In this document: positions 21,001 to 30,655 of the stretch, piece by piece
How the letters are laid out: the number at the start of each line of letters is the position of its first letter
Numbering within the stretch: the stretch's first letter is position 1
Assembly: GCA_949285425.1 (NCBI GenBank)
Contig: CASEAJ010000046.1
Location: 4,250-68,249 of the forward strand
Direction: 5' to 3'
Length of the DNA stretch: 64,000 bases
Source of the DNA: an uncultured Porphyromonadaceae bacterium
Lineage (GTDB): Bacteria > Bacteroidota > Bacteroidia > Bacteroidales > Paludibacteraceae
The notes under the pieces: generated by a model
Told to the model about the DNA's origin: nothing
Database searches by the model: none
What the model saw: the letters and a program-made list of their open reading frames with translations, nothing else
Program-made: the position numbers and the translations under genes

Positions 21001-21759
21001 AAATTTTCCTGCAGCAGCATTATAAGTCCACTTATTGACACCCTGTGCATAAAAAAGAATGGCATCGCCCGTATCGTACACAGCCACCTCGGGCAAATCA
21101 TCCGGCTTCTGTTTGCTGAAGTCCTCATCCAACACCGCGCCTCCATAACCGAACAAACGCACGTTGGCCGGGTCAATGCCTTTGGAGCGCAAATCGGCAT
21201 AAGTCAGTTTATATACTCCGCTTTCAGTCACTCTTACTTTTACAAAACGCCCCTCCGACAACACCGACTTGGCAGCAAACGAATGCAGTGCCGATTCCAC
21301 CGCAGTTCCCGAACGTTTATGACGGGTCAGTTCCAAATCAAACGACTTCAACTTCAATATTTGTCCATCCCTTTCCACAAACGGACATACCGATACGCCG
21401 TAATATAACTGCTTGCGCGAACACGACATCCGAGCAGAGACAAGCGGTTGAGCCGAAAGCTCCACATCGTCCAACAACGGCAATTCATCCGATGAAACCG
21501 GGACAAACACCCCGTTTTTCAATTCCGCCCTATATTCATCCGTTTTGTCTGCCGACAGTTCATAATGATAGTAAGGCAAATGGTTTTCACCTTGGTACGA
21601 AGCCTGTTCCAAAGCAATCACATCCGTGTAAAGCGAGTCGCTGATACTCCAACGCTCCGTTCCGTTCCACTCCAACTCAACGGGTATAACCGTCTTTTCC
21701 TGTGCCTGCACCCACATAAAGCCGACACAAAGGCAGAGAAACAAATATATCTTTTTCAT
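18088..21759 (-). CDS. porU: Type IX secretion system sortase PorU (peptidase C25 family) with CTD
   Basis: Signal peptide, VYNEFSSGTPDATAYR, TDDYFGFLDD, IGRFPV, YMGH and TCEF catalytic His/Cys, FPNP...GVYIYRV...KLLIK CTD. Confidence 0.9.
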   Translation of the reverse strand: MKKIYLFLCLCVGFMWVQAQEKTVIPVELEWNGTERWSISDSLYTDVIALEQASYQGENHLPYYHYELSADKTDEYRAELKNGVFVPVSSDELPLLDDVELSAQPLVSARMSCSRKQLYYGVSVCPFVERDGQILKLKSFDLELTRHKRSGTAVESALHSFAAKSVLSEGRFVKVRVTESGVYKLTYADLRSKGIDPANVRLFGYGGAVLDEDFSKQKPDDLPEVAVYDTGDAILFYAQGVNKWTYNAAAGKFTHEINPYSTYGYYFVTSDAVGTRKRIAQGAKVTAEAVSDVSVFTDYAVYERESASVNRSGRKLYEQVNTGSSVTASFSFPNVVKSENVEVRTEVARDKNYFSLRLNGGGAKGISSSDNTFTTSSDQLSFMLSYTGSSIGYLDYIEVNVRRALAMTGAYMTFHNRENLGGHNRYRLTAGSSVRVWNINDLANVQEVPLEVSGGTLTFVDDAMTAKSYAAVDLNAVSSIPSATLLDEVPRQNVHGMASVDMLIITNQAFKAAAESLARAHAELDGLNVGVVTADEVYNEFSSGTPDATAYRWAAKMLYERQDVSLRYLLLFGKGSFDNRGMLSGTGNRLLLTYQSANSVAEDKESYTTDDYFGFLDDNEGVSLGNRDKLDISIGRFPVVTEEQAWAVVEKTISYMRNDTPGAWKNQLCFLGDDGDGNTHMEQANGVADAVAGIRRGYNVNKILLDAYQQEVNASGQTYPLAKNRFENLIRMGLLYINYMGHANVNGWTNENILQTHEIKNMTNQCLPLVSAGTCEFSRYDKEYVSGGEELVLTAQGGAIGCFSATRSVYPGPNYSLMRAFAETLFSNSDNENMAVGDAIMLAKNTLTSDPANKLAYVYFGDPSVRLNYPNRYDVVLQEINGKPVAGNDTLRALSEVKVKACVLDRQGNKASHFKGTAQIIVYDKQVSVTTLNNDGDLAGPFSYTDYSNILFKGTAAVQNGEFSVTFRLPKDIKYNYGSGRMVFTVWNETGNEGGQGYNENFIIGGSSSTAENVTSGPQVELYLNHKGFVSGGKVDETPVFMAHLYDENGINISSPTPGHDIMLMLNDNQSFVLNDYYESELDTYKEGTVTYQLPKLEEGHYTLMFRAWNLYNVSTMEYLDFEVVKDLKPEIFSVTCFPNPATTQTTIQVKHDREDEMIDMTVDVYDLSGKRVWSESRQSANYITWDLSTANGKLLPGVYIYRVSVKSDDKIVSYRANKLLIK

Positions 21760-21822
21760 ATATAACATTTGCCGTATGCTGATAATTCAATACAAATCAT
21801 TCCTTTTCGTTCACTTACCATC

Positions 21823-22737
21823 CTAAAATTCATAGGTTTTCATGTCTTCGCCCAACACCACATGAGGGAACACGGCCTTGGCCTCTTCATAAATCATCTG
21901 ATGGTCCGGATAGCGCGCGGAATAATGTCCCAAAATCAGTTTTTTCACACCGGCCAAACGAGCAATCTCGGCCGTCTGCCGTGCTGTGCAATGCAGGGTT
22001 TTGCCGGCCCGGACCAGCTCGCTTTCGGCAAAAGTCGCCTCATGATACAGACAATCAACCCCTGCGATGAGCGGAACCATCTGTTCATTGTACGCCGTGT
22101 CCGAGCAATAGGCAAACCGTTTGGGAGGATCTGCCGCCGTGGTCAGCCGCTGATTGGGCACCCGTTCACCTTCTTCCGTCACATAATCTTCGCCTTGCTT
22201 TATCCTGCGCATCCAAGCCACCGGCACACGATAGAAATCGATCATTTCACGAATGATGTGCCGTTCTTTCGGTTTTTCCTCAAACAGATAGCCGCAAGTA
22301 GGTACCCTATGCTTCAACGGTATGGACCAGACCGAAAGCGAGCGGTCTTCATATACCAAGGCATGCTTGGACGGATTGATCGGATGAAACAGAATTTTAA
22401 AGGGAACATCAGAGCAAAAATACTCAATAAATGGTTTTAGCAACCGCTCCAGGTCGGGATGTGCATGTATATGAAGGTCGGCAGTACGGTTCAACATGCC
22501 AAAAGTGGAGATAAGCCCTATGAGTCCAAAACAATGGTCACCGTGCAAATGGGATATGAATATGTGCCCCAGACGCGTGTCCGATATTTTCATTTGCCGC
22601 AGACGTATTTGTGTTCCCTCACCACAGTCTAAGAGAAACTGCTTGCCTCGCATTTCCAGTAACTGTGCACTGGGAAAATTACGCCGGGTAGGCAATGCCG
22701 AGCCGCAACCCAATATGGTCAGCCGAACGTTCTCCAT
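21823..22737 (-). CDS. rnz: Ribonuclease Z
   Basis: LLDCGEGTQ, SHLHGDH, YCSDT, HEATF, GHYSARY. Confidence 0.96.
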   Translation of the reverse strand: MENVRLTILGCGSALPTRRNFPSAQLLEMRGKQFLLDCGEGTQIRLRQMKISDTRLGHIFISHLHGDHCFGLIGLISTFGMLNRTADLHIHAHPDLERLLKPFIEYFCSDVPFKILFHPINPSKHALVYEDRSLSVWSIPLKHRVPTCGYLFEEKPKERHIIREMIDFYRVPVAWMRRIKQGEDYVTEEGERVPNQRLTTAADPPKRFAYCSDTAYNEQMVPLIAGVDCLYHEATFAESELVRAGKTLHCTARQTAEIARLAGVKKLILGHYSARYPDHQMIYEEAKAVFPHVVLGEDMKTYEF

Positions 22738-22753
22738 ACGACATGCTCCTTTT

Positions 22754-23509
22754 TTATATCACCCTAGTTTTCTTCTTCAGTTCAAAATCACGCCCAAGAT
22801 ATTTCTCGCGTACTATCGGATTGGCAGCCAGTTCTTCCGATGTGCCCTGAAACATGATACGCCCCTCGAAAAGCATGTAGGCCCGGTCGGTAATGCTCAA
22901 TGTTTCATCCACGTTGTGGTCGGTTATCAGAATACCTATGTTTTTGTCCTTCAGTTTCCACACAATGTCCTGAATGTCCTGCACGGCAATCGGGTCAACG
23001 CCGGCAAATGGCTCATCCAGCATGATAAAATTCGGTTCTATGGCCAGACAGCGGGCTATCTCCGTACGGCGGCGTTCTCCCCCGGACAGACGGTCGCCCA
23101 GGTTTTTGCGCACATGTTCAAGGTTGAACTCGGCAATGAGCGTTTCCAATTTCTCCTTCTGGTACTTCTTTGAAAAATTAGTCATCTCGAGCACGGCCTT
23201 CAGGTTGTCCTCCACCGACATTTTCCGGAACACCGAGGCCTCCTGCGCCAGATAGCCAATACCGCTCTGCGCCCGCCGATATACCGGATATTTCGTGATT
23301 TCCTTGTCGTTCAAGAATATCTTTCCGCTGTTGGGAACCACCAGTCCGGTAGTCATGTAAAACGTGGTGGTCTTTCCCGCTCCGTTCGGACCGAGCAGAC
23401 CAACTATTTCGCCCTGTTCCACATGAATGGACACATCATTCACCACCGTACGTTTTCCGTATTTTTTAAACAAATGCTCCGTGCGTAGCACCAGTCCTTG
23501 ATTTTCCAT
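22754..23509 (-). CDS. lptB: LPS export ABC transporter ATPase
   Basis: [48 protein letters not shown]. Confidence 0.95.
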   Translation of the reverse strand: MENQGLVLRTEHLFKKYGKRTVVNDVSIHVEQGEIVGLLGPNGAGKTTTFYMTTGLVVPNSGKIFLNDKEITKYPVYRRAQSGIGYLAQEASVFRKMSVEDNLKAVLEMTNFSKKYQKEKLETLIAEFNLEHVRKNLGDRLSGGERRRTEIARCLAIEPNFIMLDEPFAGVDPIAVQDIQDIVWKLKDKNIGILITDHNVDETLSITDRAYMLFEGRIMFQGTSEELAANPIVREKYLGRDFELKKKTRVI

Positions 23510-23723
23510 TGTCGGCCAGTTTACTTTATCAAGCAAATGTAATGAAAATTCGCATTACGTCCGCAACTTTCCCCTTCGGATTAAGCTATTTTATAAAAAT
23601 ACTGTCCGAAAACAACTTCTGTTCCCGGATGGTACACACCACAAATACTTTCGTCCTGTTTTCTTTCATACGGCATAAAATCTATGGATTCGGACGTAAT
23701 ATCATGCAGCAATGCCTTCAATG

Positions 23724-23817
23724 TTCTTTTTTCACCTATGTGAAACGCTTTTTTCACCTATATGAAACATATTTTTCACCTATGTGAAAAGCATTTTTCA
23801 CATAGGTGAAAAAAGAA
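23724..23817. repeat. 4 x 22-bp palindromic tandem array, family B
   Basis: TTTCAC-(CTAT/ATAG)-GTGAAA cores at 22-bp spacing (tcac at 23732, 23754, 23776, 23798); ends ttcttttttcac/gtgaaaaaagaa. Confidence 0.92.
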
Positions 23818-23880
23818 AACAGACAGCATAAGTACACGACTATCTGCTTTTGCCACACCCAAACACAAGGCATATTCTCA

Positions 23881-23931
23881 AAACGGAAACGAGGGATGCC
23901 TCCTTTCCGGAGCCATCCCTCGTTTCCGTTT
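23881..23931. terminator. Long hairpin downstream of mscS
   Basis: aaacggaaacgagggatg / catccctcgtttccgttt. Confidence 0.7.
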
Positions 23932-23982
23932 GTCCGCTAAAGCAAACAACTGTTTGTTTTATGCACAACCGTCAATGGAACA

Positions 23983-25044
23983 TCATGCTTTTTCCACATA
24001 AAGTGTCTGGGTTGGGAATGCAAAGTTCAAACCGGCATTGTTGAAAGTGGAAAGAATATCCATATTTACATTTGACATGGTCTGATAAATGCCTCCTTCC
24101 TTTTCTATATAGTAAATGAAAGTAATGCCTAACGAAAAGTCACCGAATTCGGTAAACGCAACGACCAAATCTCCGGAACTGACAAAAGAGACCCGTTGCG
24201 GAAGGGTTTTCAACAAATCCATGGCCTCATTCATTTTTTCGGGGGTCGTATCATAGGTCAAACCCAATTTCAATATGACCTTGCGCATGGGTTCGCTGTC
24301 AACATTCTCAATGGCGTCGTCCATGACCTTGTAATTGGGCACTGTCAGCAAGCGGTTGTCAAGCGTACGAATGCGGGTACTGCGCAAACCGATATCTTCA
24401 ACAAAGCCATCAATTCCACTGAAACGTATGCGGTCGCCTATGAGAAAAGGACGATCCACAAAAATAGTGATTCCCGCCAGCAGATTTTTCATGGTGTCTT
24501 GAGCGGCCAAGGCAATCGCAACACCACCTATACCCAAGGCTCCTATCAGCGTTTTAACATCATACCCTCCATTTTTCAAGGCCATCACCCCTCCTATGGT
24601 CCAGACCAGGTAAAGAATCGTCCTGCGTACAAGGGGCATAAAACGAATGTCGAAACGTTTCCCTATTTTTTCCGCTTCCTTTTCGGCGGTCGCCTTGCCT
24701 TTTTCATCAATCAGCGAGGTGAGCAAACGGGCAAAAAACCATGTCACATTCAAGGTAGTCAGGATATGGTATGCGTTTGACAAAAACGCATGGAACTTAT
24801 CCGGCGTTTCCAGGCGATTCAAAGCCACCCATATGGCAATCAACAATATCCCCAAAAGAACAGGCGACTCCAACGACCGGAACAATATATCATCGAACCT
24901 TGTCTTGGTTCGTGCCGCCAATTTCTGAAACACCTTGACATTCAATATCTGTATCAGCTTGTTCAGCAACAACGCCCCTACTATGACAGCCAAAGAAATC
25001 ATCCAATCTTTAAAACTGTTTCCGTAAAATACATTTTCCCACAT
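23983..25044 (-). CDS. MscS family mechanosensitive channel
   Basis: GIGGVAIALAAQDTMKN, DRPFLIGDRI, GFVEDIGLRSTRIRT, FAFPTQ. Confidence 0.93.
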   Translation of the reverse strand: MWENVFYGNSFKDWMISLAVIVGALLLNKLIQILNVKVFQKLAARTKTRFDDILFRSLESPVLLGILLIAIWVALNRLETPDKFHAFLSNAYHILTTLNVTWFFARLLTSLIDEKGKATAEKEAEKIGKRFDIRFMPLVRRTILYLVWTIGGVMALKNGGYDVKTLIGALGIGGVAIALAAQDTMKNLLAGITIFVDRPFLIGDRIRFSGIDGFVEDIGLRSTRIRTLDNRLLTVPNYKVMDDAIENVDSEPMRKVILKLGLTYDTTPEKMNEAMDLLKTLPQRVSFVSSGDLVVAFTEFGDFSLGITFIYYIEKEGGIYQTMSNVNMDILSTFNNAGLNFAFPTQTLYVEKA

Positions 25045-25114
25045 ATTTTGTTCTTTTTATTTGTATTAAACAATCATATCCGCATAATTATGGCAAGCGC
25101 AAATCATTTTCCAT

Positions 25115-27013
25115 TCAGTCGGCATGCATGGCAAAGGGTACCGCATCACTGGGCATCCGCCAATCGCCACGGGGAGAAAGGCTGACCGATCCAACTTTCG
25201 GTCCATCGGGCATGCATGAACGCTTGAACTGCTGTGTGAAGAAACGGCGGAGGAAAACAGCCAGCCATTTCCGAATTTCAGCATCCTGATAGGAATTGCA
25301 GAAGGCCTGCCGGGCCAGAAAAAGAATCTTTTCAGGAGTAAAACCAAAACGTACCAGATAGTAAAGGAAGAAATCGTGCAGTTCATAAGGTCCCACAATA
25401 TCTTCCGTTTTCTGGGATATGGCTCCATCTTGAGCGGCCGGCAAAAGTTCGGGACTCACAGGGGTATCGAGCACATCTTTCAATATCCGTCCGGTTTCAC
25501 CGCCCAAACGGTCGGCCAGCCAGTCCACCAGATAACGCACCAAAGTTTTGGGCACTCCGCTGTTCACACCATACATTGACATGTGGTCACCATTGTAGGT
25601 AGCCCAACCCAATGCCAGTTCCGACAAGTCGCCGGTACCCACCACCAGGCCGTTTTCCTTGTTTGCCACATCCATCAATATCTGTGTACGCTCCCGAGCC
25701 TGTGCGTTTTCGTACGTCACATCATGTACCGTCTCATCGTGTTCTATATCTTTGAAATGCTGTATACAAGCCTGTTTGATGGAGATTTCCTTTCTGGTTA
25801 CTCCCAACGAACTCATTAAGTCAAGCGCATTGGTGTAGGTGCGGTCGGTCGTACCAAAGCCAGGCATGGTTATACCGATAATGCGTTTACGGTCAAAGCC
25901 CAACACATCGGCCGCCTTCACGCACACCAGCAGAGCCAACGTAGAATCCAACCCTCCCGATATGCCGAGTACCAGAGTCTGTGCTTTTGTGTGCTGCCAA
26001 CGTTTGGCCAGTCCGGTCACCTGTATGGAAAACAAGTCTTCACAGTTTTCATCACGTTTTTCACCGGGCGGGATGAACGGCGTTTTTCCTATCGTTCTAT
26101 TCAACTCAAACACATTGTAACGGGCCGGTTCCAAAGCCACCACCCGGTAATCTTCGTCTGAACGAGCCTGTTCGAAATCGGAATTGCGCAGACGTTCAGC
26201 CTGCAGACGTTCGATATCCACATCGGAAACGACCAGTTGGGACTGAAAACTGAAACGGGATGATTCTTTCAGTATGCAGCCATTTTCTGCTATGAAAGCA
26301 TTGCCGGCAAAAACCATATCGGTAGTCGACTCTCCTGCTCCGGCCGAAGCATACACATAAGCGGCCATGCAACGTGCCGATTGCTGTTCCACCAACTGCC
26401 GGCGATAGGCCTGCTTGCCGACCAATTCATTGCTTGCCGAAAGATTGAACAAAACTTCCGCACCATGCAAGGCATGCTGGGAACTGGGCGGAACCGGCGA
26501 CCAAAGGTCTTCACACAACTCAACGGCAAAAGAAAAACTTCCGTCCGAAAACAGAAGCCGCGGTGAAAATACGGTCTGCTGTCCCGACAAAACAACACAG
26601 CCGGGAGCGGAAACAGCCGATGAAAACCAGCGTTTTTCATAAAACTCTTTCTGATTGGGAATATAGGTTTTCGGCACTGCACCCAAAACACGCCCGTTTT
26701 GCATGACAACCGCCGCATTGTACAGTCCTGTTCCTGCCTTGACCGGCATGCCAACGATGGCAACCGGACTCAAGACCGAAGTCTCAGCCAAAATGCGGGC
26801 AAAAGCCTTTTCCGCCTCCTGCAACAATTGCTGCTGGTGAAACAAATCGCCGCAGGTATATCCCGTCACACACAATTCAGGAAAACACACCACCTGCACC
26901 TTTTCCTGCTCGGCCTCCTTCAACAGGTCTATAATCCGTTCTGCATTGAATGAGCAATCGCCCACCTTCAGTTGCGGAACAGCCGCCGCTATACGCACAA
27001 AACCATTATACAT
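25115..27013 (-). CDS. nadE: Glutamine-dependent NAD+ synthetase
   Basis: N-terminal nitrilase domain (FPEL, FYEKRWF, CEDLW) plus SGGLDST, ENAQARER, QQFKRSCMPDGPKV. Confidence 0.96.
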   Translation of the reverse strand: MYNGFVRIAAAVPQLKVGDCSFNAERIIDLLKEAEQEKVQVVCFPELCVTGYTCGDLFHQQQLLQEAEKAFARILAETSVLSPVAIVGMPVKAGTGLYNAAVVMQNGRVLGAVPKTYIPNQKEFYEKRWFSSAVSAPGCVVLSGQQTVFSPRLLFSDGSFSFAVELCEDLWSPVPPSSQHALHGAEVLFNLSASNELVGKQAYRRQLVEQQSARCMAAYVYASAGAGESTTDMVFAGNAFIAENGCILKESSRFSFQSQLVVSDVDIERLQAERLRNSDFEQARSDEDYRVVALEPARYNVFELNRTIGKTPFIPPGEKRDENCEDLFSIQVTGLAKRWQHTKAQTLVLGISGGLDSTLALLVCVKAADVLGFDRKRIIGITMPGFGTTDRTYTNALDLMSSLGVTRKEISIKQACIQHFKDIEHDETVHDVTYENAQARERTQILMDVANKENGLVVGTGDLSELALGWATYNGDHMSMYGVNSGVPKTLVRYLVDWLADRLGGETGRILKDVLDTPVSPELLPAAQDGAISQKTEDIVGPYELHDFFLYYLVRFGFTPEKILFLARQAFCNSYQDAEIRKWLAVFLRRFFTQQFKRSCMPDGPKVGSVSLSPRGDWRMPSDAVPFAMHAD

Positions 27014-27138
27014 TTTTATCTTATTTTTCAACTACCGGTCACAAAACCGCAGTCATCCTTAAACATGAACTTGTTCAACAAAAACGTACGCTTCAAAATT
27101 ATTCACAAACAGCATCAGCCGCAGTCCTCAAACCGTAA

Positions 27139-27543
27139 CTATCCATTCGATTTCCGTTCCATATCACTCAAATAAATCTCCAGCGATTTTGTGGAAACTC
27201 GGATTTCCCATACGGACAATGCAAGCGATACTATCAGAAGCAATAAAGCGACACCAAACACATACACCGATATAACCTGCAAACCGATATATATAAGGAA
27301 CATGGTGGCAACACACAGCAGCAAACTGGCCACTCCGAAAAACTGCATGCTCCGCGTCAATGAGAGACGCTTTCGCAAATTCATAATCTGGGCATGCGTC
27401 AATGCCGACCGGTCCTCCATGTAGCGGTCCTTCAAGCTACGCACCAACTGGGCATACGACAAAAAACGATTCGTATAGGCCAACAGTATCAACGATACGG
27501 CCGAAAACAGAAATGTAGGGGTTACGAGTGTCAATTCCTGCAT
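27139..27543 (-). CDS. DUF2721-like small membrane protein
   Basis: TPTFLFSAVSLILLAYTNRF start; three hydrophobic segments. Confidence 0.75.
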   Translation of the reverse strand: MQELTLVTPTFLFSAVSLILLAYTNRFLSYAQLVRSLKDRYMEDRSALTHAQIMNLRKRLSLTRSMQFFGVASLLLCVATMFLIYIGLQVISVYVFGVALLLLIVSLALSVWEIRVSTKSLEIYLSDMERKSNG

Positions 27544-27616
27544 GATTCCTTACTTTACGAATGACAAGCTGCCAGTTACATGGCCCAAAACAACCACGCC
27601 AACACGCAACCTGCTA

Positions 27617-28807
27617 TTATTTCAATAATTCCGCCATGCGTTCTCCCAAACGCAAACAAGCCTGATAAGTGTCCGCCTTCAAACCCTGTTTTTCTTCCGG
27701 AGCGAAATCGGCCGTTTGCCACTGCATGCCTTCGGCAAAGGCAGCCAGACGCTTCACCGCTGCCCCGGCCCAGGTAAACGAACCGAAATAACCAAACACT
27801 TTATTCTTCACGCCCCGTAACTCCAACTTACGAACAAGGCTGTCTATGGCCGGATAAAGTTCATTGGAATAAGTCGGACTACCGATGACCAGACCTTTGT
27901 ACTTGAATACATCGCGCAAAATGTCCGAAGCATCCGACTTCGACACATTGTGTACCACCACGTTCTTTACCCCGGATGCTGCCAAACCTTGTGCCACAGC
28001 CTCAGCCATGCGGGCCGTATTCCCATACATAGAACCATAAACCAATACTACACCATCTTCCAAATGCTCATAACGACTCATTTTATCATACATGGCCGCC
28101 ACTTGCGGGATATGTGCTTTCCACACCGGCCCGTGTGTACTGCAAATGATTTCAAAGGGTACGGACGACATTTTCTGCAAGGCTTTCTGTACCGGAGCAC
28201 CATATTTGCCGACAATGTTGGCATAATAACGCACCATTTCGTCCCAATAAGGAGCCACGTTCATGTCCTCATCAAGCACGGCCCCGTTCAACGCACCGAA
28301 ACAGCCGAATGCATCTCCCGAAAACAACACACGGTCCGTCCGGTCGAAAGTCATCATGGTTTCAGGCCAGTGCACCATGGGAGTAAGGTAAAACTCCAGC
28401 TCGTGCCGGCCCAGGGTGAGCACTTCTCCATCTTTCACCTCCAATGTGTTGTCGCACAAACCATAATAGCCTTCCACCATTGAAAGCGTCTTGGCATTAC
28501 CAACCAACGTGACATTAGGAAAATATTGGCGCAAAAGACGGATGGAACCGGAATGATCGGGTTCCATATGATTGATAATCAAATAATCCAACGGACGTTC
28601 ACCTATGACCGATTTAACCTTGTCTATGAATTCATCGCCATAACAAGTGTCAACCGTGTCAACCAACGCAATCTTTTCATCCACCACAAGATAGGAGTTA
28701 TATGACACTCCGAACGGCAACGGAAGCATATTTTCAAATTTATGCTTCTGACGGTCGTTCACTCCCACGTAAAAAATGTCCTTCGTTATTTGCTGATTCT
28801 GAAACAT
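27617..28807 (-). CDS. fprA: Class A flavodiiron protein (FprA; O2/NO reductase)
   Basis: HMEPDHSGS, HWPE, SGDAFG, HG, then flavodoxin SMYGNT; no C-terminal rubredoxin domain. Confidence 0.93.
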   Translation of the reverse strand: MFQNQQITKDIFYVGVNDRQKHKFENMLPLPFGVSYNSYLVVDEKIALVDTVDTCYGDEFIDKVKSVIGERPLDYLIINHMEPDHSGSIRLLRQYFPNVTLVGNAKTLSMVEGYYGLCDNTLEVKDGEVLTLGRHELEFYLTPMVHWPETMMTFDRTDRVLFSGDAFGCFGALNGAVLDEDMNVAPYWDEMVRYYANIVGKYGAPVQKALQKMSSVPFEIICSTHGPVWKAHIPQVAAMYDKMSRYEHLEDGVVLVYGSMYGNTARMAEAVAQGLAASGVKNVVVHNVSKSDASDILRDVFKYKGLVIGSPTYSNELYPAIDSLVRKLELRGVKNKVFGYFGSFTWAGAAVKRLAAFAEGMQWQTADFAPEEKQGLKADTYQACLRLGERMAELLK

Positions 28808-29120
28808 ATTGATATTTATTTATTTGTAAACAATCAGGGCTATAAATTGCTGCAAAGGTAATGATTTTCAACCATTCAACCATAAAAGCCATCCATGAAT
28901 CATACGTATCTAATGTTAGAACTGATGGAGTTACGCAAATCCAAGACAAGAAACAGCCACATAAAAAAACATGACCCGGCATAAGTTCTTCGCCGGAAAA
29001 GCCATGCATTCGATATAAAAACAAAAATATTTCGTTGGTTCCAGCACACAAAATCCTTATCCTGACCCTACGTGGTTTCAACCTCATGTACATTGAACGT
29101 TCATTTTGAAGGATGAAAAA

Positions 29121-29157
29121 TGGGCTACAGTCAGTTCTTTGACAAAACTGTAGCCCA
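29121..29157. terminator. Hairpin downstream of yqeY
   Basis: tgggctacagt / actgtagccca. Confidence 0.6.
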
Positions 29158-29175
29158 AATTTCAAAAAAAAGAAT

Positions 29176-29637
29176 TTACGCCTTTGCAGCGAGCAGGGCT
29201 TTCACCTTTTCGGAGATGACACGTCCTTCGGCCTTTCCAGCCAGTTGTTTGGATGCGAGACCCATAACCTTACCCATGTCTTGCGGTCCGGCTGCACCTA
29301 CTTGTGCAATAATGGCCGACACGGCTGCTTCCAACTCAGCATCTGTCATTGGAGCAGGCAGATAGCGCTCTATCACCGCTGCTTCCGCCATTTCGTTTTC
29401 CGCAAGGTCGGCACGGTTCTGTTCCTTGTATATTTGTGCGGACTCCTTACGCTGCTTCAGCATTTTCTGCAATATCTTCAATGCCTGGTCATCATGCAAC
29501 GTGCCATCACCGCCTTTGGCTGTTTTGGCTTCCAGAAATTCCTTCTTGATGCCACGCAACGCTTCAAGCGTCACTTTCTCACGCGCCAGCATGGCTGTCT
29601 TGATGTCATTGTTTATTTGTTCGAACAATGTTTCCAT
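29176..29637 (-). CDS. GatB/YqeY domain protein
   Basis: DIKTAM, KQRKESA, YLP, DMGKVMG, G.I...VK. Confidence 0.93.
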   Translation of the reverse strand: METLFEQINNDIKTAMLAREKVTLEALRGIKKEFLEAKTAKGGDGTLHDDQALKILQKMLKQRKESAQIYKEQNRADLAENEMAEAAVIERYLPAPMTDAELEAAVSAIIAQVGAAGPQDMGKVMGLASKQLAGKAEGRVISEKVKALLAAKA

Positions 29638-29665
29638 AAAATAAATTTTTATTGATTATGTTACA

Positions 29666-30514
29666 TTAGAATTTTCTTTTCACTATTTGCAGGAAGCTCT
29701 CCACCGTTTCATCTTCTTCATTCCAACGGAATGTCGCCAACAGGTAGCTGCTTGCTTCTTCGTAGCTTTCCATTTGGTTCAGTTTCGTAAGGGTCTTGTT
29801 CAGCAGTTCACCGTTACCGGCAAAAAGTTCGCGCTGAAAACGGAAGCGGTCACCTATGCTGATGGCCTGTCGGATGTCGTCAATCTTTTTCAAGCTATGT
29901 GCATCGGCAATGGTGTTATTTACGGATTTTTCCGTGTTTGTCATTGCCACACGGACCTTTTCCTGTACTGGCGGCCTTTGTTCCTCTTCGGCCGTTTCGG
30001 CCGTTTCCACCATCGAAACCTCAACCGCATTCGCTACTTCAGCCTCCACTTCCAAAATTTCCGGCACTTCCACAAGTTCTTCCTCCGTAACACTATCTGT
30101 ACTATTGTCCCCACCGGCATCTTCATCGGTGTCAGGCATTTGCGGCTCGTCTTGTTCATCTGCAGGCTCTTCTTCGGCCAGCAAATCCGGTTCTTCTTCA
30201 TACACGGGAGCAGAAGCTGTCTGTTCATTGTCATCCTGCACGTCCTCCGGCACAAAAACATCCATTTCAACGGCAACATCAGCCGTTTCGCGAGCCGTTT
30301 CACCGACTGCGACGCTCATTTCTTTCGGCCCGGCCGTTTCTTCTTTCTTTATGGCGCCCAGTTGCCGTATGTAGTCAAGCACATCTTCTGTCTTGCGCTG
30401 TGCCAACTGAATGATGACCGCCGGATATTCGTTCATCTCCATGAATCCTTCCGTCATCATGGCCAATTCCTCTATGTCTTTTTGCAACAATGTCACTATC
30501 AGCTTTCTTTCCAT
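29666..30514 (-). CDS. Hypothetical protein with acidic disordered linker and helical C-terminal domain
   Basis: Helical N-terminus, E/D-rich middle, C-terminal ISIGDRFRFQRELF...W...F...RKF. Confidence 0.75.
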   Translation of the reverse strand: MERKLIVTLLQKDIEELAMMTEGFMEMNEYPAVIIQLAQRKTEDVLDYIRQLGAIKKEETAGPKEMSVAVGETARETADVAVEMDVFVPEDVQDDNEQTASAPVYEEEPDLLAEEEPADEQDEPQMPDTDEDAGGDNSTDSVTEEELVEVPEILEVEAEVANAVEVSMVETAETAEEEQRPPVQEKVRVAMTNTEKSVNNTIADAHSLKKIDDIRQAISIGDRFRFQRELFAGNGELLNKTLTKLNQMESYEEASSYLLATFRWNEEDETVESFLQIVKRKF

Positions 30515-30655
30515 TTTTATCGATTGGCTTTTATTAATTCGTATATAATTTACTAAATTTGCCGTCGGACACGGCCTTTCGCCCATTGCGAGCAAAAACG
30601 CTGTAAAGTTAAGCGAAACAAAGCACAAACCGAACTAAATTAGGAGAAAATTAAC

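Noticed and set aside
23724-23817. parS, Rex or CRP sites in family B arrays
   Set aside because: Half-site spacing does not fit: parS has abutting TTTCAC/GTGAAA, and the GTGA...TCAC gap here is longer than in Rex or CRP boxes.
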